Assembly: GCA_015064805.1 (NCBI GenBank)
Contig: SVRN01000001.1
Coordinates: forward strand, 58,302 to 122,301
Length of the DNA: 64,000 nucleotides
Reading direction: 5' to 3'
DNA from: Oscillospiraceae bacterium
GTDB lineage: Bacteria > Bacillota > Clostridia > Oscillospirales > CAG-272
Below, piece after piece: positions 25,435-34,073 of this stretch. A model generated the notes under the pieces. The model ran no database searches, was not told the DNA's origin, and saw nothing but the letters and a program-made list of their open reading frames with translations. The position numbers and the translations under genes were made by a program. Within the stretch, counting starts at the first letter, position 1. Every line of letters starts with the position of its first letter.

Positions 25435-27364
25435 GGTGTGATGTCAGTTCCTTTATCTGTTTTTCAAGATCGTTGATCGAGTAGGTCAACGTTTCGCTGT
25501 CAAAGGGAAGGCGAATACCAAAGCGCTCGTCGATATGCCCGACGAGAGTGTAGTAATCCAAGCTGTCTCCGCCCAGATCGGAAAAGAAATTGGCGGTGTC
25601 CGAGATGGTAGAGGCGTCGATCTCCAGCGTCCGCGCGATCAGCTCACGCAAAATCTCCTTGATTGGGCTGTCTTGCTCCGTTTGCGACGCATCACGGTCT
25701 TCCGGGCGATCAAACAGAGTGATCGCCCCCGAACGGATGGCGTGCGCGAGATAGGTGCGGCTGATCTTGATGTCGCTCTCGCGCAGCAGCGGATCATAGG
25801 TGAACTGAACGCGGCGGACGCGCAGGGCGTGGGGAAGATCGGCGTTATCCTCATTCATGTGATTTTGCAGCTCTTGCCACTCACCGTCCGTAATGGCCTT
25901 ATCAACGCAAACCAGCAGCATCAGCAGACCGCTGTCGGGATCGGCCAGCACCTCAAAGGCCTTGGCGTTTGGCAAATGGAAGGCGGCGCGGATCATGTCG
26001 GGGTTGATATTCTCACCGTCCTCGCCGATGATCACGTCGCTGACGCGGCCTTCAAACACATAGCGGCCGTCCTCCTCGGCGCGAACGATGTCGCCCGTGT
26101 CGAACCATTCGCTTTGTGGTTTGACAATACCGTCGACGATCATGTGGTGGCATCCCGCACAGCCCTTGACCAGCAGATGTCCCTGCTCGTCCGTACGGTA
26201 CTCGACAAAGGGGAAGGGACGGCCGATGGTACCGCGCAGACGGGTAATGAAGTCGTGCGACAGCTCGACCGACGTAATGCCGATCTCGCTCATGCCGTAG
26301 CCGTTGCACAGGGGATAACCCAGCGCGTTGATCAGCTGCAGGGCACTCGGCTCAATTCCACTGCCGCCCGTGATGCAAAAGCGCACGCTTTCGCCAAACA
26401 GCTTGGCGCGTACGTCGTACAGCATCCGCGCGGCCAGTTTTCGGCCTGTCTTGGGGAAGGCGCGTTGCAGCCTGATGGACAGATTCAACGCGCGACGGAA
26501 TTTTTGTTGCGTTTTCTCGTCCTGCTTGGCGATCGTCTTTATCACGCTTTTTTCGATGCCGTGCCAGAGAAGGGGAACGGCAAAGACGTGCGTGACCTCG
26601 TGCCGACGGACGGCGCGAAGCAGTGCGTCGGGGGCAGGCGAGGGCGGAAAAACAAGCGCGGCACCCAGAAAGGCGTACCACAAATACATGGCGGAAAAGC
26701 CGAAGACATGGTACAGCGGCAAAAAGGCAAGCTGCTTGAATTGTCCGTCGTAGCGCTCGATCAGTGCAGGATTTTCCTTGATCAGCGCGGGCGTGCCGCA
26801 CAGCTGCTCAACAAAATTTTCACCGCGATAGACGCAGATCTTTTGTTGCATGGTCGTGCCGCCCGTCGTCAGCGCCAGCTCGTTGCCAAACGGTGCGTCT
26901 GTAGGCAGAGGCGTTGCATCTGCCGCAAGCGCGTCGAGCGTGGCAAAGGTCAAAACGCTTGCGTCAAGCGAGATCACCTCGTCACAGCACAGCACCGTGT
27001 CTGCGCTCAGCGTGCGCAGGACCGACGCGGTAAAATCGAGCGGCTGACGGGTGTTGATCAGATAGGGGCGGTTTCCGCTGCGCAGAATGGCCCAGAAAAG
27101 CAGGATCCAACGCTCGGAATTGCCGCCGTACAGACCGATATATTCGTCCGTCTTGCCGCATTTAGAGGCAAGGGCGGCGGCCAGACGCTCGATTTTTTCT
27201 TGAGCCTCGGCGTTTGTCATTTTGTGGATTCTGAGCATGGTGGACGTTTCGCAGAACACCCGATCGCCGTGGTCAAAAATGATGCGATAAACGTCCTTAA
27301 ATTGTCGATTGGACGTGCGCAATGCGCGCACGTCCTCTGACAGCTGTTGATGGTATTGTTTCAT
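25427..27364 (-). CDS. Acyl-AMP ligase (ANL adenylating enzyme) fused to a C-terminal acyl carrier domain
   Basis: The adenylation cores are TTGGTTMQQK, GYGMSE, WFDTGD and GRVSDVII-x-x-GENI. The C-terminal phosphopantetheine site is FSDLGGDSLDYY. Confidence 0.8.
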   Translation of the reverse strand: MKQYHQQLSEDVRALRTSNRQFKDVYRIIFDHGDRVFCETSTMLRIHKMTNAEAQEKIERLAAALASKCGKTDEYIGLYGGNSERWILLFWAILRSGNRPYLINTRQPLDFTASVLRTLSADTVLCCDEVISLDASVLTFATLDALAADATPLPTDAPFGNELALTTGGTTMQQKICVYRGENFVEQLCGTPALIKENPALIERYDGQFKQLAFLPLYHVFGFSAMYLWYAFLGAALVFPPSPAPDALLRAVRRHEVTHVFAVPLLWHGIEKSVIKTIAKQDEKTQQKFRRALNLSIRLQRAFPKTGRKLAARMLYDVRAKLFGESVRFCITGGSGIEPSALQLINALGYPLCNGYGMSEIGITSVELSHDFITRLRGTIGRPFPFVEYRTDEQGHLLVKGCAGCHHMIVDGIVKPQSEWFDTGDIVRAEEDGRYVFEGRVSDVIIGEDGENINPDMIRAAFHLPNAKAFEVLADPDSGLLMLLVCVDKAITDGEWQELQNHMNEDNADLPHALRVRRVQFTYDPLLRESDIKISRTYLAHAIRSGAITLFDRPEDRDASQTEQDSPIKEILRELIARTLEIDASTISDTANFFSDLGGDSLDYYTLVGHIDERFGIRLPFDSETLTYSINDLEKQIKELTSHHA

Positions 27365-27373
27365 AGCAGATTT

Positions 27374-28702
27374 TTACTTGTCTGCTTTTTTGCCCAGCAC
27401 GGACAGTGAGCGGGGCATGAAGAAGGCGAGAGTGAAGGCGGCCATGCACATGACGGCGACGATGATGGTCAAGAGATACACGTTGCCGCTTTGCTTGAGG
27501 TAGACCAGAATGATATGCGACGCCAGCGCGGCGGATACTGCCTCAAACAAGCCCTGAATGGCAAAGTACATGGACGAGGCGCAGGTTTCGCCCTTGAGAT
27601 TTTCCTCCTCGGCAAGCTGGGAGGGGATCATGTAGGTGATCGAGAAGAAGGCACCGATGCCGCACGAGGTCAGAAGACTGCAGAAGATGGCAAAGGGCAA
27701 CAGCGCATCCTGCGGAACGATATTGTGGCAAAGGAACATCAGCGCCATGCCCGAAGAAAACATGGCAAGTGCGTACTGATAAGCCACGCGCAGACCCTTT
27801 TTCTTCATGATCCTGTTATAGATCATCAGCGTGAAGGGAACGGGGGCGAAGGCCGATGCCATAACGAAGGTCATGTTGATGCCCGTCGTTGAGAAAAACT
27901 CGTTGATGCCGCTGAGGAACAGCTGCAGACCGACGTTCATAACGCAAAGGATGGTCAGCCAGTAAATGTATTTTTTGTTTTTGAAGGAAAAGACCAGCGA
28001 TTTCTTCAGGGGAATACGCTCTTGCGTGGGAATGTTGACGTTATCACCGTCGGTGCGATCCTCCTTGAGCAAAAACAGCGGGATGAGCATGGTCAGGCAC
28101 AGCGGGAGGAACAAAATCGCAACGATGCGGATGTTCATGCCCATGTTGACGAACACGGGAACCAGCGCAAAGCTGAGCGAGAAGTAGACCACGTCGCAAA
28201 TGGACTTGGTGTTGGACAAAAAGACACGGTCAGCGTCGTTTGCGATGATCTCGCTGAAGGTGGCGTAGTAGGTCAGCATGGTCAGCGTATAAGCCGAGTA
28301 GAACAGCATCAGAACGAAGGCGAACCATATCGTGTTAAGTACCGTCGCTCCGCTGTCGATCGGGATAAGGAAAAGCAGATAAGCGATCACAGTCGCGACA
28401 AGACCGATCACGATGGAGGGACGGCGGCGACCCCAGCGGGTGCGCAGGTTGTCCGTCCAGGAGGCGAGGGGAATGTCGATAACACCGTCCAGCGCCTTGG
28501 CGATAAAGGCAAGGGTTGCCCAAAGGCCTGCGACGACCAGATCTTGATTCAGATACGTCCAGTTCTCTACGTTGTCAACGAAGCCCCCGACCAGCAAAGC
28601 ACTGCAGAGATAGGAGCCGACGATGATGCCCAGCATATTGACGCCGAGTCCGGCACAGCCGTAAAGGATCAGTTTTTTTCTGCTTGTAATTGCGTATTTC
28701 AT
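27374..28702 (-). CDS. MFS_2 (GPH-type) transporter
   Basis: It has about 12 TM segments and a WTDNLRTRWGRRRP loop typical of the glycoside-pentoside-hexuronide/MFS_2 family. Confidence 0.75.
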   Translation of the reverse strand: MKYAITSRKKLILYGCAGLGVNMLGIIVGSYLCSALLVGGFVDNVENWTYLNQDLVVAGLWATLAFIAKALDGVIDIPLASWTDNLRTRWGRRRPSIVIGLVATVIAYLLFLIPIDSGATVLNTIWFAFVLMLFYSAYTLTMLTYYATFSEIIANDADRVFLSNTKSICDVVYFSLSFALVPVFVNMGMNIRIVAILFLPLCLTMLIPLFLLKEDRTDGDNVNIPTQERIPLKKSLVFSFKNKKYIYWLTILCVMNVGLQLFLSGINEFFSTTGINMTFVMASAFAPVPFTLMIYNRIMKKKGLRVAYQYALAMFSSGMALMFLCHNIVPQDALLPFAIFCSLLTSCGIGAFFSITYMIPSQLAEEENLKGETCASSMYFAIQGLFEAVSAALASHIILVYLKQSGNVYLLTIIVAVMCMAAFTLAFFMPRSLSVLGKKADK

Positions 28703-28726
28703 AATGTCTCCTTTTTTGAAAAACCG

Positions 28727-30373
28727 TTATTCAAAGGACAGGATCAGATCCGTTCCGGCATCTCCCGTCAAGACGAGATTGCTCTCGGTATAGATATAAT
28801 CGCGGCTGATGAAATCGAGAATGGAATCGATGGAATGCTGGGGAATACCGTCGCCGCCAAAAAGAGTGATGGTATCCTTCTCCTCCTTGGCCATCACGTC
28901 GGTGATAACGCGGTAGGCCAACTGCTCCAAGGAGGTATCGATGGCGAGCAGCTGCGAGCCGCGCAAGGCAATAAAATCGCCCTTTTGAATGGTGATTCCG
29001 CCATAAACGGCATCGCGTGCGGCGGTGGTCAGGCGAACGGTGTCGATATGCTCGATGACCTTGTGGATGCCGCTGACGATGCGGTCAAAATCGCTGCAAT
29101 CAAAGTCGATCAAGGCCAGCGCGGCGTAGCAGTCGGCAATCGAGCGGGAATCGACGATAACGACGTTGCCTTGGCCATAGAGGGCGCAGGCTTGTCGGGC
29201 GGTCAGCACGTCGTTGGGATTGTTGGGGAATACGACGATATGATCGCAGCCTGCCGCGTCGAATGCATCCACAAAGTGCTGTGCGCTGGGTGTCTGCGTA
29301 TCGGTCAGCGAGATGATCACGTCCGCGCCCATGCTCTCAAACAGCTCGGCCATGCTTTGGCTGTGGGATACGACCACGACGGCAAAAGGACCGTCCGCCT
29401 TGCTTGGACTGTTGACCACGGCGCCGGCTTGCTTGGTCTGCGCCGTGTGCTGAACGCTCATGTTCTCCAGCTTAAGCGAGAGAAATTCTCCGTATGCGTG
29501 AGCAAATGCAAGCACTTGTTCGGGGGTGCGGGTGTGAACGTGCACCTTGACCTTGTCGCCCTCGAGCGAGCAGACGATTGAGTCGCCCAGTGCTTCGAGC
29601 GAAGACAAGAATGCCGCGTGGTCGAAGGGAGCGGAGCCGTTTAACAGCTGCAACAGAAATTCGGTGCAGTAGCCAAACGCAAAACGGCTGTTTTTATCAA
29701 AACGGCTGTAGTCGATGAAGCTGTCGGCAGAAGCGTCGGCCGCTTTTTCAATCGTTTCGCCCAAAAGGTAACGGAGCATGCCTTCAAACACGCAGATGAT
29801 GCCGACGGCGCCGCTGTCTACCACGCCCGCCTGCTTCAGAATGGGGAGCAGATTGGGGGTGTTTTCCAGCGAGATCTTGGCCTGATACAAGAACTGACGG
29901 ATCAGCTCGGTCAGGTCGGTCGGCTCGATGCGGGAGACGTACTCGGTCGCCTCGCGGATGACGGTGAGAATGGTTCCCTCCGTCGGTCGGGAAACGGCGT
30001 CGTAGGCGTAGCGGATGCCCTGCTTGAGTGCTTGGACGTACTCGGCGCATCCGATCGATTGCTTGGCAACGGGGGTGTAAAAGATCTCGGAAAAGCCCTT
30101 GAAGAACTGGGAGACGATCACGCCCGAGTTGCCGCGCGCGCCGTAAACGACGGCCTCGGCAAACTGCCGTGCGACCTTTGACAGATCGGCGTCGTGGGCG
30201 GTAATCGCCCGATAGCCGCCTGAGAGCGTCGTGACCATATTGGTGCCGGTATCGCCGTCCGGGACGGGGAAGACGTTCATGGCGTTGACCTCGTCGCAAT
30301 GCAAGGCGAGATTACGGATGCCGTAATCCAAAAGATTGCAGAACAGCGCCCCGTCCAGTTGTGTGTATATCAT
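28727..30373 (-). CDS. fakA: DAK2-domain fatty acid kinase subunit (FakA/YloV-like)
   Basis: It has the PVPDGDTGTNM DhaL/DAK2 motif, is 548 aa long, and sits next to a DegV gene. Confidence 0.8.
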   Translation of the reverse strand: MIYTQLDGALFCNLLDYGIRNLALHCDEVNAMNVFPVPDGDTGTNMVTTLSGGYRAITAHDADLSKVARQFAEAVVYGARGNSGVIVSQFFKGFSEIFYTPVAKQSIGCAEYVQALKQGIRYAYDAVSRPTEGTILTVIREATEYVSRIEPTDLTELIRQFLYQAKISLENTPNLLPILKQAGVVDSGAVGIICVFEGMLRYLLGETIEKAADASADSFIDYSRFDKNSRFAFGYCTEFLLQLLNGSAPFDHAAFLSSLEALGDSIVCSLEGDKVKVHVHTRTPEQVLAFAHAYGEFLSLKLENMSVQHTAQTKQAGAVVNSPSKADGPFAVVVVSHSQSMAELFESMGADVIISLTDTQTPSAQHFVDAFDAAGCDHIVVFPNNPNDVLTARQACALYGQGNVVIVDSRSIADCYAALALIDFDCSDFDRIVSGIHKVIEHIDTVRLTTAARDAVYGGITIQKGDFIALRGSQLLAIDTSLEQLAYRVITDVMAKEEKDTITLFGGDGIPQHSIDSILDFISRDYIYTESNLVLTGDAGTDLILSFE

Positions 30374-30413
30374 AAATTATCTCCTGTCAGCGTAAATTGT
30401 CGGAATCGGACGG

Positions 30414-31355
30414 TTAATTGCCGCTCAGCTCGAGCAAAACGGCCTTCTCCTTTTCCATGTCCTCGGAAACCTCGTCACCAAAGTAGTAGACGCCCGTCAT
30501 GCCCGTGCCGATGTTGGTGGCGTTGCCCGCAAAGCACTCAACGATGAACACCTTTTTGAAGGGAACGAGTGCGTCCAGCTTTTCTTTCAGCATTTCAGCC
30601 AGCTGGGCGCGGTCGGTGTGTGCGATGATGGCGTAAGAATTTTGTGCATCCACTGCCGTCTTTTGGACGTAAGCCGCCGTCAGATCGAGAGCCTTGCGGA
30701 TGCCCTTGGCGCGGGTCAGCACGGTGACGTAGCCCTCGCGGTTACAGTCGCCCATGGGCTTGACACCCGCGAAGCTGCCGAGAATGGCCTTGCCCATGGT
30801 AATTCTGCCGCGGCGGGCGATGACGATCAGATCGTCAATGGGACCCATCTGGTGTACGCGGTTTTTGTTGGCCTCCAGCCACTCGATGACCTCCTCAAAG
30901 CTCTTGCCCTCGTTCCGAAGCAGATGAGCGTAGACGACCAGAAGACCGAACGCGCCTGCCATGCGCATGGAGTCAAAGCAATAGATCTTTGCGCTTGGAT
31001 ATTGCTCCTGAACCTTCTTGGCGGCGACGCAGGAGAAATCGTACGTACCGCTGATCTTGGAGGAAATGGACATACTCAGCACGGCGTAGCCCTGCTCGAC
31101 GTATTTGGTAAAAGCGTCCATATACTCGTCAAGATTCGGAGGGGCGGACACGACCTTGACGTTCTTTTTATCCAGCACTCCGTAAAAGGTTTCGCGCGTG
31201 AGGGCCTGCCAATCCAGGTCGGTTTGATAATCCTTGGTCTCTCCGTCCTCGGTGATGCTGACGTGTCCCTTAATATAATCCTGCATGCCGACGAACTCGC
31301 GTATTTCCTTCGTGAGATCGCAGGTAATATCGGCTAAAATAACGAACTTATCCAT
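30414..31355 (-). CDS. DegV-family fatty-acid-binding protein (FakB-like)
   Basis: The protein starts MDKFVILADITCDLTKE and has an overall DegV pattern. The start was set at the ATG at 31355, which follows an AAAGGAG RBS; the track start at 31577 extends into the promoter region. Confidence 0.8.
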   Translation of the reverse strand: MDKFVILADITCDLTKEIREFVGMQDYIKGHVSITEDGETKDYQTDLDWQALTRETFYGVLDKKNVKVVSAPPNLDEYMDAFTKYVEQGYAVLSMSISSKISGTYDFSCVAAKKVQEQYPSAKIYCFDSMRMAGAFGLLVVYAHLLRNEGKSFEEVIEWLEANKNRVHQMGPIDDLIVIARRGRITMGKAILGSFAGVKPMGDCNREGYVTVLTRAKGIRKALDLTAAYVQKTAVDAQNSYAIIAHTDRAQLAEMLKEKLDALVPFKKVFIVECFAGNATNIGTGMTGVYYFGDEVSEDMEKEKAVLLELSGN

Positions 31356-31418
31356 GATAAATACTCCTTTTGTCATTGCTGTCTGCCGCTTTGCGCGGCG
31401 TAAAAAATACCAGTTTCT

Positions 31419-31447
31419 TTTATAACATATTTCGACACAAAAGTCAA
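31419..31447 (-). promoter_or_regulatory. Sigma-A-type promoter of the degV-fakA lipid operon
   Basis: The minus strand reads TTGACT (31442-31447), 17 nt, TATAAA (31419-31424). Confidence 0.5.
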
Positions 31448-31536
31448 TACTTTTACAAGTTATTATAATAAGTATATAATACTTGAACTGTATGATATTG
31501 GCACACGGGATTTTTTTCGAAAATGCAAAGTGGCGA

Positions 31537-31565
31537 TTGACGGAAAGGGGAGAGAGTGTTATAAT
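31537..31565 (+). promoter_or_regulatory. Sigma-A-type promoter with extended -10
   Basis: TTGACG (31537-31542), 17 nt, TGt-TATAAT (31560-31565). Confidence 0.5.
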
Positions 31566-31597
31566 AGTATCATCCAAGTGAAGTACGGAGGCATCGT

Positions 31598-32545
31598 ATG
31601 CACCCTTTGATTATCGTTTCGATCGTTCTCGCCGCGCTGATCGTTCTGGTTTTGCTGGCGGCGCTCGTCTGCTTTATTATGGTTTTCTATTCGGGCAAGA
31701 GAAAGGTCCTCGGCCCGGATGAATACGAGATCCCGCCCGGAAAGATCTACGAGGCGTTTCGCGAGGACATGATCGGCTGGACCAAGCAGATCCGCGAGAT
31801 GCCGCACGAGGACATTGAGATCAAATCCTACGACGGATTGACGTTGCGCGGTACATACTACGAATGCGCGCCCGATGCAACGGTGGAGCTGTTGTTCCAC
31901 GGCTACCGCGGCAACGCCGAGCGCGACCTTTGCGGCGGCATTGAGCGTTGCTTTGCCCTTGGCCGTAGTGCCATCATCATCGACCAGCGGGCGGGCGGTA
32001 AGAGCGACGGTCACGTCATCACCTTCGGCATCCGCGAGAGATACGACTGCTTGTCCTGGATCGACTACGCCACGAAGCGCTTCGGCAAGGATCGCAAGAT
32101 CGTCATCGGCGGCGTGTCCATGGGCGCGGCGACTGTCATGCTGGCGGCAGGCGAGGAATTGCCCGAAAACGTTGTCTGCGTCATGGCCGATTGTGGCTAT
32201 ACCTCCGCCAAGGACATCATCAAAAAGGTCGTCAAGGATTTGAAACTGCCTCTTTTCCCGATCTACCCTCTTATCCGCCTGGGCGGACGCCTGTACGGCG
32301 GCTTTGACGTTGAGGAAACCTCGCCCATGGAGGCGGTGCAAAAGGCGCGCGTGCCCATCGTCTTCATCCACGGCGATACGGACGCCTTTGTGCCTTACGA
32401 CATGAGCGTCAAGCTGCACGAGGCTTGCGTATCGCAAAAGAAGATGGTCACCATCAAGGGCGCGGGTCACGGTCTGGCCTTTCCCGTCGATAGAGCGGGC
32501 TACGTGCAGGGCCTGCGTGAATTTGAAGAGCAATGCGGGTTCTGA
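31598..32545 (+). CDS. Membrane-anchored alpha/beta hydrolase
   Basis: It has an N-terminal TM segment, a GxSxG elbow (GGVSMGAAT), and an HGDTD block near the C-terminus. A GGAGG RBS precedes the start. Confidence 0.75.
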   Translation: MHPLIIVSIVLAALIVLVLLAALVCFIMVFYSGKRKVLGPDEYEIPPGKIYEAFREDMIGWTKQIREMPHEDIEIKSYDGLTLRGTYYECAPDATVELLFHGYRGNAERDLCGGIERCFALGRSAIIIDQRAGGKSDGHVITFGIRERYDCLSWIDYATKRFGKDRKIVIGGVSMGAATVMLAAGEELPENVVCVMADCGYTSAKDIIKKVVKDLKLPLFPIYPLIRLGGRLYGGFDVEETSPMEAVQKARVPIVFIHGDTDAFVPYDMSVKLHEACVSQKKMVTIKGAGHGLAFPVDRAGYVQGLREFEEQCGF

Positions 32546-32549
32546 AACA

Positions 32550-32580
32550 AAAAGATCACGGCAATTTGCCGTGATCTTTT
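32550..32580. terminator. Bidirectional terminator between convergent genes
   Basis: AAAAGATCACGGCA att TGCCGTGATCTTTT. Confidence 0.7.
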
Positions 32581-32582
32581 TG

Positions 32583-33857
32583 TTATCCCCTCGCCGCTCT
32601 TTTCTGCTTTGCTTCATTTTCCTTGCGCTGATAAATGATCTCGGTGGAAAAAGCCAGCTTAGTGACCACGTTTTGTTTGGTCGGGAAGCAGTAGAAGGAG
32701 TCGTTTTCGGTGGAGATATCCACGCAATCCAAGGGCTTGATATGGGGGAAGTCGTATTCGACGTGAAGGGAATTGATTTGCAACGGCTCGCGCTGGATGC
32801 GGTAGTCCTGCCCACGGTAGTGGCCTTCAAGGACAAATCCGTTCTCGGGGTCGTGTGTCAAGGTCGCCTTGCCCAGCGGCTCGAATTTCCAACAACGGGG
32901 CAGGGAGTGTACGTCGACTTCATCCTCAAAGCGATAGTCGCCGCGCTCGATTTCCTCCCGCACCTGCTCGCGCTCCCACGCGAACCAGTCGGGGACGTGT
33001 GAAAATTCGGTCTTTCCCTCGTTGGCCTTCAGCGTACCGTCCTCGTTTAAGGTCCAGCGCTTGCCACAGTCGCGGCAGAAAATTTCAACACCCTCGGAGG
33101 CCATGCCCGTCTCGCTCATGCAATGGGGGCATTGATACAGGATCTTGTGCATACCCTCGGCGCGGAAACTTTCGGTGATGCGGATGCCGTTTTCCTTTTG
33201 GTAGCGGTAATCGTCATATTCAAAGGCCTTTCGCAAAACGGCGTTGACCTCGTCGGTGGACATGGTCTTGAGCTGCTCGGGCGTCAGGACGAGCTTCATG
33301 GTCGTGTGCATCGGCACCTTGCGCTTTTTGCGGAAGTTCCAGAAGGGTGCGTGCAGATAGTTGCCGCGGTGGATGGTTACGACGACAGGGACGCGGCACA
33401 TGCGCACGAGCGCGCCCAGTGAGTCGGGCAGATAGGAGGTCGTGCCGCAAGGGGAATAGCGCGCCTCGGGGTACATACAAAGAATATCGCCGCGCTGGAG
33501 CACCTTGCGGATGGACTTGACCAGGTGCAGGTCGGTCGTGAACTTGCGGGTGCAGATAGCGCCGATCCATTCAAGTAGCCAGGGGCGCTGATAAAAGCCG
33601 TCGATGTTGACGACGTTGTTGACCTTATGGGGATGCGTTCCCAGCGCGACCAGCTCGAAATCGACGAAGGACATATGATTCGATAGGATCATATAGGGGG
33701 GCTTGAGTCCCTCCATGCCGATCTTCTCGACCTTGTGCGGCTTGAGCGCGAGCACGATTTTGGATAAGATCCAGATCAGCCATGTCAGATACCAGGGCTG
33801 ACGAATGGGATATTTGGCGGTTTTGTACCGCTTTGGATCTTTATAATTTACGTCCAT
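32583..33857 (-). CDS. LPLAT-family acyltransferase with a C-terminal extension containing a zinc-ribbon
   Basis: It has the HxxxxD motif (SNHMSFVD), a YPEARYS block, and CPHC...(14)...CRDC. The start was set at the ATG at 33857, which follows an AAGGA RBS; the track start at 33881 has no RBS. Confidence 0.7.
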   Translation of the reverse strand: MDVNYKDPKRYKTAKYPIRQPWYLTWLIWILSKIVLALKPHKVEKIGMEGLKPPYMILSNHMSFVDFELVALGTHPHKVNNVVNIDGFYQRPWLLEWIGAICTRKFTTDLHLVKSIRKVLQRGDILCMYPEARYSPCGTTSYLPDSLGALVRMCRVPVVVTIHRGNYLHAPFWNFRKKRKVPMHTTMKLVLTPEQLKTMSTDEVNAVLRKAFEYDDYRYQKENGIRITESFRAEGMHKILYQCPHCMSETGMASEGVEIFCRDCGKRWTLNEDGTLKANEGKTEFSHVPDWFAWEREQVREEIERGDYRFEDEVDVHSLPRCWKFEPLGKATLTHDPENGFVLEGHYRGQDYRIQREPLQINSLHVEYDFPHIKPLDCVDISTENDSFYCFPTKQNVVTKLAFSTEIIYQRKENEAKQKRAARG

Positions 33858-34010
33858 ATGTGTATCCTTTTTCATTAACATTCTGCAATATTATACATGA
33901 AATTTCGACGAAAATCAAGGCTTTGTCGAAAATACAAGAATTTTTCTGAAATGGATGCCACAGCGGCCAAAGAAACGAAGAAAAAAGGCGGTTTTCTTCT
34001 CTTTTTTGGC

Positions 34011-34039
34011 TTTACAAACCATAAAAGCTATGATATAAT
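34011..34039 (+). promoter_or_regulatory. Sigma-A-type promoter
   Basis: TTTACA (34011-34016), 17 nt, TGa-TATAAT (34034-34039). Confidence 0.5.
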
Positions 34040-34073
34040 GAAGTTATCAATATTCTCAAAGGAGAACGTAAGT

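Noticed and set aside
25535-27340. A 601-aa ORF on the plus strand.
   Set aside because: It is antisense to the acyl-AMP ligase-ACP gene, whose adenylation core motifs are clear. The ORF itself has a shadow-ORF composition.
28022-29581. A 519-aa ORF on the plus strand.
   Set aside because: It is antisense to the MFS transporter and FakA genes and spans their intergenic gap, which a real gene would not do.
31559-32836. A 425-aa ORF on the minus strand.
   Set aside because: It is antisense to the alpha/beta hydrolase at 31598-32545 and reads through the bidirectional terminator.
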